DNA of 63,558 nt, filler included, from Octopus bimaculoides (taxonomy: Eukaryota), in NCBI RefSeq assembly GCF_001194135.2. It is 6 parts of 6 records of this genome, joined end to end, with 100 filler letters (N's around TTAATTAATTAA, not from the genome) between each part and the next. Parts side by side here need not be neighbours in the genome. Positions count along the whole stretch, not along the records: positions 19,578 to 46,053 come from NC_068983.1; positions 46,154 to 53,886 come from NC_068996.1; 4 more parts are not named here. One strand, given 5' to 3'. The position numbers and the translations under genes are program-made. This document shows positions 38,860-51,129 of the stretch, one piece after another. Under the pieces are notes generated by a model. The model did no database searches and was not told the origin of the DNA. It saw only the letters and a program-made list of their open reading frames with translations. The first letter of the stretch is position 1; each line of letters begins with the position of its first letter.

Positions 38860-39270
38860 CCGAGAAAAAATACGCCATCCAACAAAAAACTGTCCAGGGA
38901 CAGATATAGAGAATATTCAATTTCTTGAATGCATAAACAAACACTAACACAAAGAATATTGGTGGAATATTCCCATAGCGGACATAGTTTTTTGGGACAA
39001 ACAAGAAAAAGAATGTACCGTCATAGAGTTCGACTACTTTGTCGATGTGAATATCTCTTCGAAAATGAAAAGAATGAGGATAATTACGGATCACGGTTTC
39101 GAAACTTTAATCTCTAAACCCAGATTATAAATTCACATTTATACGAAAAATAATTGGTGCACATGGTTTTACTAGCAGATGTCCTTGGTGACAATCTAGA
39201 AAAGCTACGGATTTCAGAAAAAGAAAATATAAAAAAACTAGTTATCGCTTTCCTTACAAATATAATATAA
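38860..39270 (+). mobile_element. Second, divergent RLE-type LINE 3' fragment
   Basis: EYWWNIPI..DIVF-WDKQEKECTVIEF..DVNISSK..EDNYG resembles a PD-(D/E)xK RLE C-terminus different from the one immediately upstream. Confidence 0.55.
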
Positions 39271-41129
39271 GCGGAGATGTACTTGCATAGCAAGTGACAT
39301 GATCTGAGATCGTGTGCTGGAACGAAAACAATTGCAGCGTGGAAGGTGTTTATAAGCCATTTAAAATAACACACAAAATCCGTTAGATTCACTTCAACAA
39401 TTAAATTTAATTTGTCAAAATGTTTTCGTCGCTTTGAGACCGCGACCTGTTCACTGACAAAGTTCTGTGCTGCATCTGAGAAAGTAACAGTTAGCTCATG
39501 ATATATACGTACGTGTGTATGTATGTAGGTATGTATGTATGTATGTATGTATGTATGTATGCATGTATGTNNNNNNNNNNNNNNNNNNNNNNNNNNNNNN
39601 NNNNNNNNNNNNNNNNNNNNNNNNNNNNNNNNNNNNNNNNNNNNNNNNNNNNNNNNNNNNNNNNNNNNNNNNNNNNNNNNNNNNNNNNNNNNNNNNNNNN
39701 NNNNNNNNNNNNNNNNNNNNNNNNNNNNNNNNNNNNNNNNNNNNNNNNNNNNNNNNNNNNNNNNNNNNNNNNNNNNNNNNNNNNNNNNNNNNNNNNNNNN
39801 NNNNNNNNNNNNNNNNNNNNNNNNNNNNNNNNNNNNNNNNNNNNNNNNNNNNNNNNNNNNNNNNNNNNNNNNNNNNNNNNNNNNNNNNNNNNNNNNNNNN
39901 NNNNNNNNNNNATATACGCTTATCCATCACTATACCTATACATATATACACACACACATACACACATACATATATACAAATATATATGACACTAATACAC
40001 GGATAACGGTTAAAATTCAAATGTGCATTTTTTTAAATATTATAACCTTTTTTTTCACACATAAACATACCACACATAGATGTATCTACACATACTCATA
40101 CGCACATGTACGCACACACTCATATAGTCACATACACAACGCACAACACATACACACATGTGCACACACACATACATATACACATACGTACATACATATC
40201 AAACTATATACGCTCATACGGTTATATATAACTACATATATGTATGTATTATGCATCTCAACATGTATGTATGGAATGGAATTCCATATGTAATAGAGAG
40301 AGAAGGGTGACTATAGAGGTGTACTCCCGAGTGGAATCTTTTGAAAAAAGGAAAAATTTGAAAATTACGACAACTGGATTATACTACGCGCACCACTAAT
40401 TGTGAACCATTATTGGATTACCTATATTAGAGTACACAGGACTGGTCAGGAGTTCAAATACGCCAGAGGACAGACATTTAACTGTGAACTTTGTTTTTTT
40501 TCTTTTTTCTTTTTTGTTTGTTTATTATTTTTTGCAGTTAAAATATGAACAATAGAAAAAACAATACTGCTTTGGTGTGGGAAATTAACCCACCCAAAGA
40601 ATGGGTGACAGATTTGGAAAGGAGGACGGTGGTTCTAAGGACTTAGTCAAAGTCCTTGGATACCATTGTCCTCTTTCCTTGGCTAGAAATAGAAAAGGAG
40701 CTAACAGAGTACATGGCGATGATAAAGCACATCGCCCGGGGTTCCATAAATGCAACCATATGGTTGCTGTTTGGAACCTCGGAGATGGCAAACTCAAGCC
40801 TAACAAGAGACACTTGTTTGGCAGGGGCAGCATATCAGCTTGCTGAGGGGTGGAATGATTAAAATTATGGTATTTTTAATTGTTAATATATTGAAATTGT
40901 TAATATATTGAAATTGTGTAAAAATTGTAATTTTAAAAATAAAAAAAAAAGAACAATGTTTTCGAGGGGTTATCAGTCGGCGGGCGCTGGTGCCTCTCAA
41001 TATTTGTTGCATCCTTATCACCCTCATCTCATTAATGCCCATGTCCAGCCCGAAGCTACTTTATGTCTGTCTGTCTTTGTCTGTCCCCTCTATGTAACGC
41101 CGTTAATGGCGAAATTTATTGAAATAAAG

Positions 41130-41520
41130 TAGCTTGCTTACCAACCACATGGTTCCGGGTTCATTCCCACCGCGTGGCACCTTGGGCAAGTGTCTTCTAC
41201 TATAGCCTCGGGCCGACCAAAGCCTTGTGAGTGGATTTAGTAGACGGAAACTGAAAGAAGCCTGTCGTATATATGTATATATATATATATATGTATGTGT
41301 GTCTGTGTTTGTCCCCCCAACATCGCTTGACAACCGATGGTGGTGTGTTTACGTCGCCGTAACTTAGCGGTTCGGCAAAAGAGACCGATAGAATAAGTAG
41401 TAGGCTTACAAAAGAATAAGTCCTGGGGTCGATTTGCTCGACTAAAGGTGGTGCTCCAGCATGGCCGCAGTCAAATGGCCGAAACAAGTAAAAAAGTAAA
41501 AAAAGTAAAGTAAATGTATA
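41130..41520 (+). mobile_element. SINE family A, near full length
   Basis: B-box-like gggttcattccc, ccttgggcaagt core, internal (TA/TG)n, tail ggtgctccagcatggccgcagtcaaatggccgaaacaag(taaaa)n. Confidence 0.88.
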
Positions 41521-43409
41521 AAATGCCAAAAGAATTCGAAGAAGAAATTCTTTAATACAGCATTGGAATTCAGAAATATATGGATGTACATGGAGTTTTC
41601 AGCATTGGTTAACCGTTATGTTATATCATTCAAAATAGCAAAATCTTGAATGTGCGTTCGTATATGTGTGCGTGTTTATATGTGTGTGTCTGTGTTTGTG
41701 CGCGTGTGTAGATTTAGTACAGATACACACATACAAACACACATACACATATGTATAAATGTGTGTGTGAGCGTGTGTATGTGTGTGTAAAGTTTTTAAA
41801 TCCGGTGAGGAGGACTATTAAAATCGATAAATATCCACAAATTTTTCCTGTGGTTGTCTTCAGTAATTAAAATAATATTGTTAATTCACTGATATTGTCT
41901 TTTTTTTTTCTTCTCACTGCATAATTATTCCTAATTAACTTTTTAATGCACGTTGCATTTATTATGATAAACTAACTTGACTCCCCATCTCTTTCTCTCA
42001 CTCTCACATTCGCTCTTTCTTTCTTTTTGTTTCTCTCAATTATTTTCTATCACCATCTCTCTCCCCCTCTCTGTCTCTCCATATATATATATATANNNNN
42101 NNNNNNNNNNNNNNNNNNNNNNNNNNNNNNNNNNNNNNNNNNNNNNNNNNNNNNNNNNNNNNNNNNNNNNNNNNNNNNNNNNNNNNNNNNNNNNNNNNNN
42201 NNNNNNNNNNNNNNNNNNNNNNNNNNNNNNNNNNNNNNNNNNNNNNNNNNNNNNNNNNNNNNNNNNNNNNNNNNNNNNNNNNNNNNNNNNNNNNNNNNNN
42301 NNNNNNNNNNNNNNNNNNNNNNNNNNNNNNNNNNNNNNNNNNNNNNNNNNNNNNNNNNNNNNNNNNNNNNNNNNNNNNNNNNNNNNNNNNNNNNNNNNNN
42401 NNNNNNNNNNNNNNNNNNNNNNNNNNNNNNNNNNNNNNNNNNNNNNNNNNNNNNNNNNNNNNNNNNNNNNNNNNNNNNNNNNNNNNNNNNNNNNNNNNNN
42501 NNNNNNNNNNNNNNNNNNNNNNNNNNNNNNNNNNNNNNNNNNNNNNNNNNNNNNNNNNNNNNNNNNNNNNNNNNNNNNNNNNNNNNNNNNNNNNNNNNNN
42601 NNNNNNNNNNNNNNNNNNNNNNNNNNNNNNNNNNNNNNNNNNNNNNNNNNNNNNNNNNNNNNNNNNNNNNNNNNNNNNNNNNNNNNNNNNNNNNNNNNNN
42701 NNNNNNNNNNNNNNNNNNNNNNNNNNNNNNNNNNNNNNNNNNNNNNNNNNNNNNNNNNNNNNNNNNNNNNNNNNNNNNNNNNNNNNNNNNNNNNNNNNNN
42801 NNNNNNNNNNNNNNNNNNNNNNNNNNNNNNNNNNNNNNNNNNNNNNNNNNNNNNNNNNNNNNNNAAATAATGAAGAGTTGATAGTTTTGCTAATTTGCTG
42901 GAAGAAATAAGTAGAGAGGAGGAGATCTAGACAACTAGGTTAGTGGCAGTAGAGATAAAATGGAGATGATAAATTGGCACGTGGTGTAAGACTTGAGTTG
43001 TAGGCAACTAAGTACAGAAATAGAAGATAGGATGCAATTAGAAGTAGAGTTGGCAAACTGCCGGAGCATCTCTTTCTTCAGCGTTCAACAACCCCATGAC
43101 TCAACCCTTTCAATCAGTTAGATGACGATGCTATCAAGGCATCGCAAATTTATGCAAGACTGAGAGATCTGATTGGATGATGTTAAGACGTTATGAGAAC
43201 TTCCAGAAGCGAAATCAAAGCGATCGACTGTGTGGTGGCGAACGTTCACAGATAGTTCTAGGATGCTGAGTTGCTCAGGAACAGGCCTCAAGTACATAGA
43301 TGACCGATGGAGCGGACTTGTAAAACCATCGTGGTTGTACACATATGTGTCTGCGCGCTTTTGTGCGTGTTTACATGTGTATATGTATGTATATATCAAG
43401 GTTTCGTTT

Positions 43410-43690
43410 AAACTATTAGACTGGTGTCATACACCATTGGTCACAATGTGCTTCACCGCATTGTTTTAGCTTTCGAATGATGCCACCCCGTTGATTAGGT
43501 GGTAAAACCAACACTCCCCCAGAACCCAAAACCGACCCGTTGCAGGGTAACCCATTTACGGCTGAGTGAACTGGAGCATCAAGAAATGAAGTTTTACGCT
43601 TAAGAGCACAACACGCATCCAGTCCGAGAATCGAAATTACGGTCTTGCGATCATGAGTACAACATCCTAAACTCTAGACCATCAGCCTTC
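43410..43690 (-). mobile_element. SINE family C-related copy
   Basis: Reverse complement tggtctagagtttagg..tttcgattctc..tgctccagttcactcagccgtaaatggg, giving a tRNA head plus a V-like core. Confidence 0.7.
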
Positions 43691-43692
43691 GC

Positions 43693-43723
<31 letters not shown>

Positions 43724-44349
43724 TGTATGTATGTATGTATGTATACATCTGTGTGTGTGTGTATGCATATATATATATGTGTGTATATATATATGCATAT
43801 ATATATATGTGTATATATATGTATATATATGTATATATATATGTATATATATANNNNNNNNNNAGAGCACAACACGCATCCAGTCCGAGAATCGAAATTA
43901 CGGTCTTGCGATCATGAGTACAACATCCTAAACTCTAGACCATCAGCCTTCGCATATGTATGTATGTATGTAAAGAATAAAAAGTTTTAAATGGTCCAAC
44001 AATGCACTATAATACAAAAATATGGACTATATACTTGTTGTAATTTAGTTATCTATAGTCCGATGATATTTCGGAATACAATTCCTTCTTCAGATTTTCT
44101 TAGATGGAGTCTATACTATAAACTGTTAACTAACGGCTTTTCTTTTTTTTTTCCGGAAGTGATGCAGTAGTGGCCTCACGAAGCTCCTTCCGGAATTCCT
44201 CATGAGAAGTGTGTGAAGTTGGCTATGTTTCAATCTCGTGCGTGTTGGTATATCTGTAGCGCTGGTATATCTGTAGCGCTGGTATATCTGTAGCGCTGGT
44301 ATATCTGTAGCGCTGGTATATCTGTAGCGCTACAGATATACCAACACTG

Positions 44350-45655
44350 CAGACGTACATGGGGAAAAAGGCAGCTATCGATTACGTTGACAGTTGAAGA
44401 TCTGATATCGGCCATTGATGTGATGAGCTCAAACTGAGCAACGGGCTCGGATGGATTTCTATCTGTTCTCCAAAACGCATGCAAGAAAGCTTTCGCAAAA
44501 GCACTGCAGATACTTGTTCAAATTTTCTTTGCATGTGGAAAACTTCCTAAACTGCTAATAGAAGGTATCATATACCCTGTCAATAAAGGAGGAGGCAGAG
44601 CAGATGTGCAACTGAATTCCTCAGGGAACTTACTGGGACCACTACTGTTTGTAGTGGCTCTCTCAGACATGCTCTCAGTCGTACAGTCAGTCACTCTTGT
44701 CAGCTAGTCTGATGATACAAAATTATCTCAGACAGTCAAGGAACTTGATAACATAATAAAACTGCAAAATGACCTGTATGCAATATGTAGATGGGATGAT
44801 GAAAATAGCATGCAGTGCAATGCTGATAAGATTCAAGCAGTCCGCTATCAGTCCACAAACAGATTACGGCTGGAATGCACAGGAATAAGGGGCAGTGCAA
44901 TCCCAGAGTTAGAATCGGTACGTGACCTGGGAATCCATATGAGTAGTGATGTAATATTCCATGTGCTTATTGCCAGGATGGCAACACTGTGCAGCCGAGT
45001 AGCTGTATGGATCTTTAGATCATTCAGAACCAGAAATAAGGATACTTTGCTACTCTATGGGGAACCTTTGCCCTCAGTCGTGTGTTACTGTACCCATGTG
45101 TGGTCACCACAGAGCGTCAAATTGGCGGAGGAAATTGAAGCGATCCAGCGTCACCACACGAAAATAACACAAATGAGCTACTGGGAGAGGCTACAAGAAC
45201 TGAAATACTCCTCCCTGAAGAGAAGGCTAGAAATGTATGCAGTGATATTACATATGGAAAATCCAGGAAGGTCTAGCTCCCGACTTTGGAATTAAAAGCT
45301 ATACCAACCACCGAACTGGACGGCACTGCACAATACCAAAGATACCGTCTTCTTCATCTCAGATAAGAACCCAGTTTTACAACAGCCTGAGTTTCAGGGT
45401 ACAACAACTATTTACCATTCTGCCAAGGAACCTAAGAGATCTGCAAGGTGTAGATGTAGAAACGTTCGAAAAGTACCAGCACAAATTTCTATCTGAAATC
45501 CCCGATCAACCCACATCGAGGCACGAAGAAGAGCAGCTTCGTTCAGTTCGCTTCATCACCAAATACAGTACCGAAAGGAGACTCACAAAACGCTGAAAGT
45601 CGGTGCTCCAGCATGGTCTCAGCCTCTGGCTGAAACCAGTAAAGGAAAGAATATT
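44350..45655 (+). mobile_element. CR1/L2-group LINE RT and 3' end, internally deleted
   Basis: ATGSDGF; LLGPLLF; *SDDTKL; LQNDL; VRDLGI; RSFRTR; VWSPQ..EAIQR; SYWERLQELKYSSL. The 3' tail gtgctccagcatgg..ctgaaaccagtaaa is shared with SINE family A. Confidence 0.8.
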
Positions 45656-45694
45656 TATGCGTACATACAAACATTGTATATATGTGAATGTGTG

Positions 45695-45742
<48 letters not shown>

Positions 45743-45999
45743 TACACACATATATTATTTCAAGTAATTAATTGTCTGTCTTGACTTCCTTCCGTTTGAC
45801 CATCTGTTTTAGATTAACGAACTTGTATTATTTTCGCTCTGAAAGAGTACACTCTTCATATTGTCTCATTCTTTCTCCTTAATTCCTCTATCTTATGCTA
45901 TTCTTGGATGCTTGAAATATTTCAATTATCCATTAATTTTCAGTCAATTCCATTCTAAATGAAAACATGATCATCTTTTTACTTTTATTATTACAAACA

Positions 46000-46053
<54 letters not shown>

Positions 46054-46329
46054 NNNNNNNNNNNNNNNNNNNNNNNNNNNNNNNNNNNNNNNNNNNNTTA
46101 ATTAATTAANNNNNNNNNNNNNNNNNNNNNNNNNNNNNNNNNNNNNNNNNNNNAGATAGATATATACATCCAAAGTTTTAAATTTAAAAGAGAGTTTTGA
46201 CGCTAATATCCATTATTATTGAAATTTAATCCTATGTCAACATTTCTGTATAAGGCTATATTTGACTGTCAAATTTAAGTCAAACATATAATTTGCCTTA
46301 CACGTCTTCAGGGAAATACATTTGAGAAC

Positions 46330-47720
46330 AAACAAAAATCAAACAAAGGTCAAGAACAAGAGGTAAATACCACATTTCTGGGTTCCGTCCATATTCAAAT
46401 TTGTCGTTAAATGACTATAAGTTCCTTCCTGGTTGGAGGAAAAGTTCACATAGTGGAGGTTTTCCCAGGATTGTGGTACGGGAAGAAGGTTTGGTTTCGT
46501 AAGTTCAGAGTAACATCTAACAAATTAGCGGCTTTGACCTTGTTACAGAAATAGATGCTGAGGCCGATGATTTTAAAGGAGCTTCTTAATCTTTTTATTT
46601 ATTTATATATATTTTTGATTTGTTCGATTGTCCGGTTACTAGAATTTTGGATATGAACAGAGCGTTATCTCTGTATAGACCACTGGAAATGCCGGAAAAT
46701 TGTTCATGGAGACCGTTAAGTAGGTAGAGTCCGATGAGGTCAGTAGTTTGGGCGGAATCACTGGTTCTCCTAGGGATGTCGGAAAAATTGGGTGTACCTT
46801 TGTGGGCCCAGCATTTCCCATCAAAAGATATGATACTTCGGTAAGTTGTTAATATACCAGTAACGTTGTGAGATAGATTGGAATGTTCCCTGGCGAGAAT
46901 TAGGACCTTATTAAGAAGAAAAGGAGAAATACTGGGGTAGTAGAGATCAATGTCGACTTCTATATATTTAAAGGAGTGCTCAGGGCATAGCGAATTAAAC
47001 TACTGGATAGCTTCAGTGGTTTTAATCCAGAGTATAATTTTTCTAATCTTACCTATAACGGAGCTGGGGCGCAGATGAAGCGGAGGGAGGGGTTCGCTGC
47101 GAAGTTTTGTTTGTGATCCTTTAAGTTGTTGTGGGGTGGGCGAGGTGTGGAAGGTTCGGTCCTATCCTCTAATCCAAGTTTAAATATGAGATCTCTATTT
47201 TTGCAGTTGATTTCGTTTATAGTTGAATCAGGTACAATTCTGTAGTCCTTGTCTAGTTGTTTGAGTATTTGTCCAGTGAAACATTATATATATCGCTTGT
47301 CTTATCAGCGTTGATGAGGATTCCGGGGTATTTCTGAAGTTTTCGATAATCTTAACGATTTTGGTTAGGTGGGGGCTGGTTGCTTTTCTTTTGGGTTAAA
47401 ATTTTATGTTTTTGACTATGTTGGTAAGGTCTTGCTCGAAGTTGTCGAGGGGTCGGTTAGGAGGTGGGTTTTTGCAAGATCTAAATTGCAGAATAGAGCT
47501 AGGTGGCTTAGGTTATCAGAGTTGGTAGTAAAGGTGCAGAGGGAAAAGAATGCTTTGCATCGCATCTTTGGAATCGATTCATCTGTAGCGTGAATAAGTT
47601 TCATGTACTCGTTTTTGTTGGTAAGTGGGATATCCTTAAGCAACAGGTTTAATTTCATTTTCCCATTTCTGTTCAGTATTTTGGTTGTCAATATTATCGT
47701 TCTATTATCACTATTTGTAG
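46330..47720 (-). mobile_element. Penelope-like element copy B (RT, Hydra-clade-like), decayed
   Basis: KDIPLTNKNEY..KMRCKAFF; FEQDLTNIVKNIKF; KDHKQNFAANPSLRFI; DIDLYYPSI; DLIGLYLL..GLYRDNALF; NLLDVTLNL. Confidence 0.75.
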
Positions 47721-47859
47721 GTGTTCTCAGTATATTATTTGAATTGCTGCTGGTGTTATTTGTTGGATGGTTATCATAGATATTGTAATTATTGCTCTGT
47801 TAATTGGTAGTATAATTCGAGTTATAAACGCTCATTTTAGGTTGGTCATATGAGTCATG

Positions 47860-49790
47860 GTTAATGTCGAGAAAGTTATTTTGAGTGCTGACTAATTTTC
47901 ACCTTAGTTTACGGTTATTAATCTCATGAATATGGTGCCTTAAGTTTGATAAATTTGCATAGGATAGTTTTATAGTGTGACGGTTGAATATTTTACTGTA
48001 CACTCCATTTTTAGGGAAGCAGCGATCAAGTACGGGGAAAAATTACTTCGCGATCTTAGATGAGACGTTGGAGCTGCAGATTGGATTATACCAAAGGACG
48101 TCATGGTTTTTTATTTTTTCGGTTACATCTGTTTGTCTGGGTGCTTGGAGCGGCAATTGGATTTTGTGGCGTTAGATTTGTTGTCTGTTACAAGTTTTCT
48201 CTAACACATGGTTGATTCTATTGTGTCTGGGTTTGATTAGTCTTATCTCATGGTTTGGGATTCTAGGTTTTTGACTTGGTGTATGTAGTTAAGGTTGTGT
48301 CAGGTAAGATTGTTATAATTAATTGTATTATTACTAATTGAGTTATAAGAGTTGTTATTATTATTACTACTATTACTGGCATATTGGATTTTCTCACGGT
48401 ATCCGACCTTAGTTAAGGCTGAATTATAATAAGGTGCGTGTATGTTGAATATATTTTCATTTGCAGATAATCTGGATATTCTAGCCGAGATGTTATTAAC
48501 GAGTCCCACAATTATTGATAGTGGATGATTAGATCCAACGTTGATGTATTTTAAGTTCTCATTAGGTTTATGACCAGTATCCGAATCAAAAGTAGCATGT
48601 AAAAAGTTGACTCTACGGTATTCATTGATTATAGTGATGGAGAGTCCATTACTTTTAAAAGAATTAAATAGAGATTTTTGTAGTTTTTGCGCTGTTCTTT
48701 GCTACATTTATGTAGGAAGAATAATACGTCATCTCCGTATAGCCCTCATTTCAATACAGGAATATATAATTGTATCTGGGATAGGATGTAAATTCTTACA
48801 AGGTCTGTTATTTCTGCAGAATCAAATGATCCCAAAGCTATGTCAAACACATTTGGAGTATCAGATCTATTCCATGAATAATTATCAAAATCTACCAAGG
48901 TTCCTCGTGCAGCTAGTATTATGTCAATTTCGTATCTGGAAAGATCTGAAATATTTCTCGCAAAGATTAAAGCCTTATTTAAGAGGATAGGGTTAATGTT
49001 GGCATAATATCCCTCGATGTTAAGTTGAGTGAATTTGCTATGTTTACTTGCTATTAGGTGGGTAAACCACCAGATTACTTGTTCGGTGTCGGACTATACT
49101 GCTAGGGTATTTCTAGATCAAAGTTGAGACATATTTCTATCTAATATTGTCTTACTAATCCTCCCAATATAAGATTTTGAGGGGCATATTAATCTAACAG
49201 CGGGGGCAATGCGGAAGTTTGGCTTGCGATCTTTTAGTTGTATTCGAGGTTTGCGTAGTGAATAAGGTTCGGTTCTATCGTTTATATTTAAGTTATTTAC
49301 TATTTCTAATCGCTTTCTATTCATTATGTTGAATGTATCTGCTTGTGCGTGTCTGTTTTTACCGCATAGTTCATGACGTGTCAGATTGTTATAGAGGTTA
49401 AAGTCAACAATATAAACATTGCCGGTTTTGTCAGCTGGTACGATTATTCCCTGGACCTTTTCAAACTCATCAAGTATTTTTCTAAGTTTACGTTGGTATA
49501 GGTGTGTTCTGATATAGTTTTTTTCTAAATTCAATGTTTTTGACAATGCTGCATATCTCTTCCTCGAATTTAGCAAGATGTTTGTTGATGGGTGGGTTTC
49601 TTGATTTAAATTCGGGTTGAAGTATTTAATTAGTCAGTGACTCATTTTGTTGGTTTTCTTTGTGGTCGAAGAAGTTGGCTTTCCATCGCATTCTATGAAT
49701 GAATTGGCTGGTCTTCTCAAGAAGTAATCTCTTGTACGCATTTCTACCTGGTATGGGTATTCTTTGAGTGAGACGTGTAATACTATTTTT
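47860..49790 (-). mobile_element. Penelope-like element copy A (RT, Hydra-clade-like), decayed
   Basis: IPIPGRNAY..RMRWKANFF; VPADKTGNVY; LKDRKPNF..VRLICPSKSYIGRISK; FDIALGSFDSAEITDLV; GLYGDD; SNHPLSI; IIWYNP; KIFNRHTIKLSY. Confidence 0.85.
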
Positions 49791-49849
49791 TCCGTCTTCT
49801 CAGTACATTAAAGGTAAGCACCGTCGTCCGTAATATGGCTGATGGTAGG

Positions 49850-51000
49850 TAATAATGAAGAAAGTGTACAAAATGTATAAATGGAGTAAAATTTTATGTT
49901 TAATGTTTGATATGTTTGTCTTTTCAGGTATAGAAATGGCATTCATTGGAAGAGAAAAGGCGTTTTGTGTGTTTGAATATGCTCAAACCCAGTCGAACAA
50001 GACTGTGCAGCGTGCATTTGTGAGAGAGTTTTCTAAAACGTCACCAACAGCAATGCAGATTTGGACATGGCACAAAAAATTCAAAGAGGAAGGCTGTTTG
50101 TGCAGGGCTAAAGGATTTGGACAACTACTAACATCGGAAAAGGCGGTCGAGCGTACGCCAAATACTCTTGCGATGCCCCAAGAAGTCCATGAGAAGAACA
50201 AGTCTGGAAACCCAGATTCCTCCAACAACAGTTTGGCATGTCCTGACGAAACGCTTGCTAACGAAACCCCACAAGCTTCAGCTCGTTTAGACCATAATGG
50301 CAGATGACAAGCGAAAGCGCGAACAATTCTGTGTTGATATGCAAGAGAAAGTTGAAAAAGCCGAGTTCAGGGAACGTCTCGTTTTCAGTTATGAGGCCAC
50401 ATTTCATACGAATGGCAAAGTCAACAAGCATAATGTTTGCATTTGGGACAAAAAATCTCCATGCACAGTTGAGCATGAGAGGGACTCACCAAAAGTGAAT
50501 GTGTTCTGCGCCATCTCCAAGAAGCACCTTCATGGCCCTTTTTTCTTTGAAAGAAATGTGACCGGTGATATTTATCAAAAAATGTTTAAGAACAGGCTAA
50601 TGGATGAGATCATTGCAAATGAACATGAAGACTTCGTTTTTCAACAGGACGGGGCTCCACCTCACTGGAAGCTCACTGTGCGGACTTATCTCAATGACAA
50701 TCTGCGAGGGAGATGGATCGGACGTGCTGGTGATGAAGACAATGTGCTGTTGAAATGGCCGCCACGTTTACCTGACCTGACACCTTACGATTTTTTCTCT
50801 TGGGTTATGTGAAGGGCCTGGTCTATGTCCCCCCTCTTCCTGCAAACCTAGAGGAACTCGAGCAGAGAATCATTACTACAATGGAGACTGTTACCCAAGA
50901 CATGCTGCAGCGTGATTGGGAGGAGCTGGACTACCGACTTGACGTGTGCCGTGTCTCAGGCAGTGCGCATATTGAACATTTGTGAAATCGTTCATGGAAT
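49850..51000 (+). mobile_element. rosa/Visitor-type Tc1/mariner transposon, inactive (DUF4817-like HTH + DDD)
   Basis: MAFIGREKAFCVFEY..TVQRAFVREF; FSYEATFH (first D replaced by Y); HERDSPKVNVFCA; FQQDGAPPHW; WPPRLPDLTPYDFF; VYVPPLP..GAHIEHL-like end. Two frameshifts; TIRs not recognised. Confidence 0.88.
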
Positions 51001-51129
51001 CAACATACCTTTGAATTTCTCATTCAAATTTGGAGGAATAAATTTTATGTTGCTCAACATTTAAGCCGCCTGTTTCATTTGCCTTGACTATGTAGTTTCT
51101 GTGAAATTTACATCTTATATTGTTACAGG

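Noticed and set aside
43603-43960. Exact duplication of a SINE head on both sides of a 10-N gap
   Set aside because: Same artefact pattern: identical copies either side of a 10-N gap.
47860-49790. Selenocysteine-recoding (Naiad-like) PLE because of in-frame TGA codons
   Set aside because: The stops are mixed TAA/TAG/TGA with frameshifts, consistent with decay, and there is no N-terminal endonuclease.
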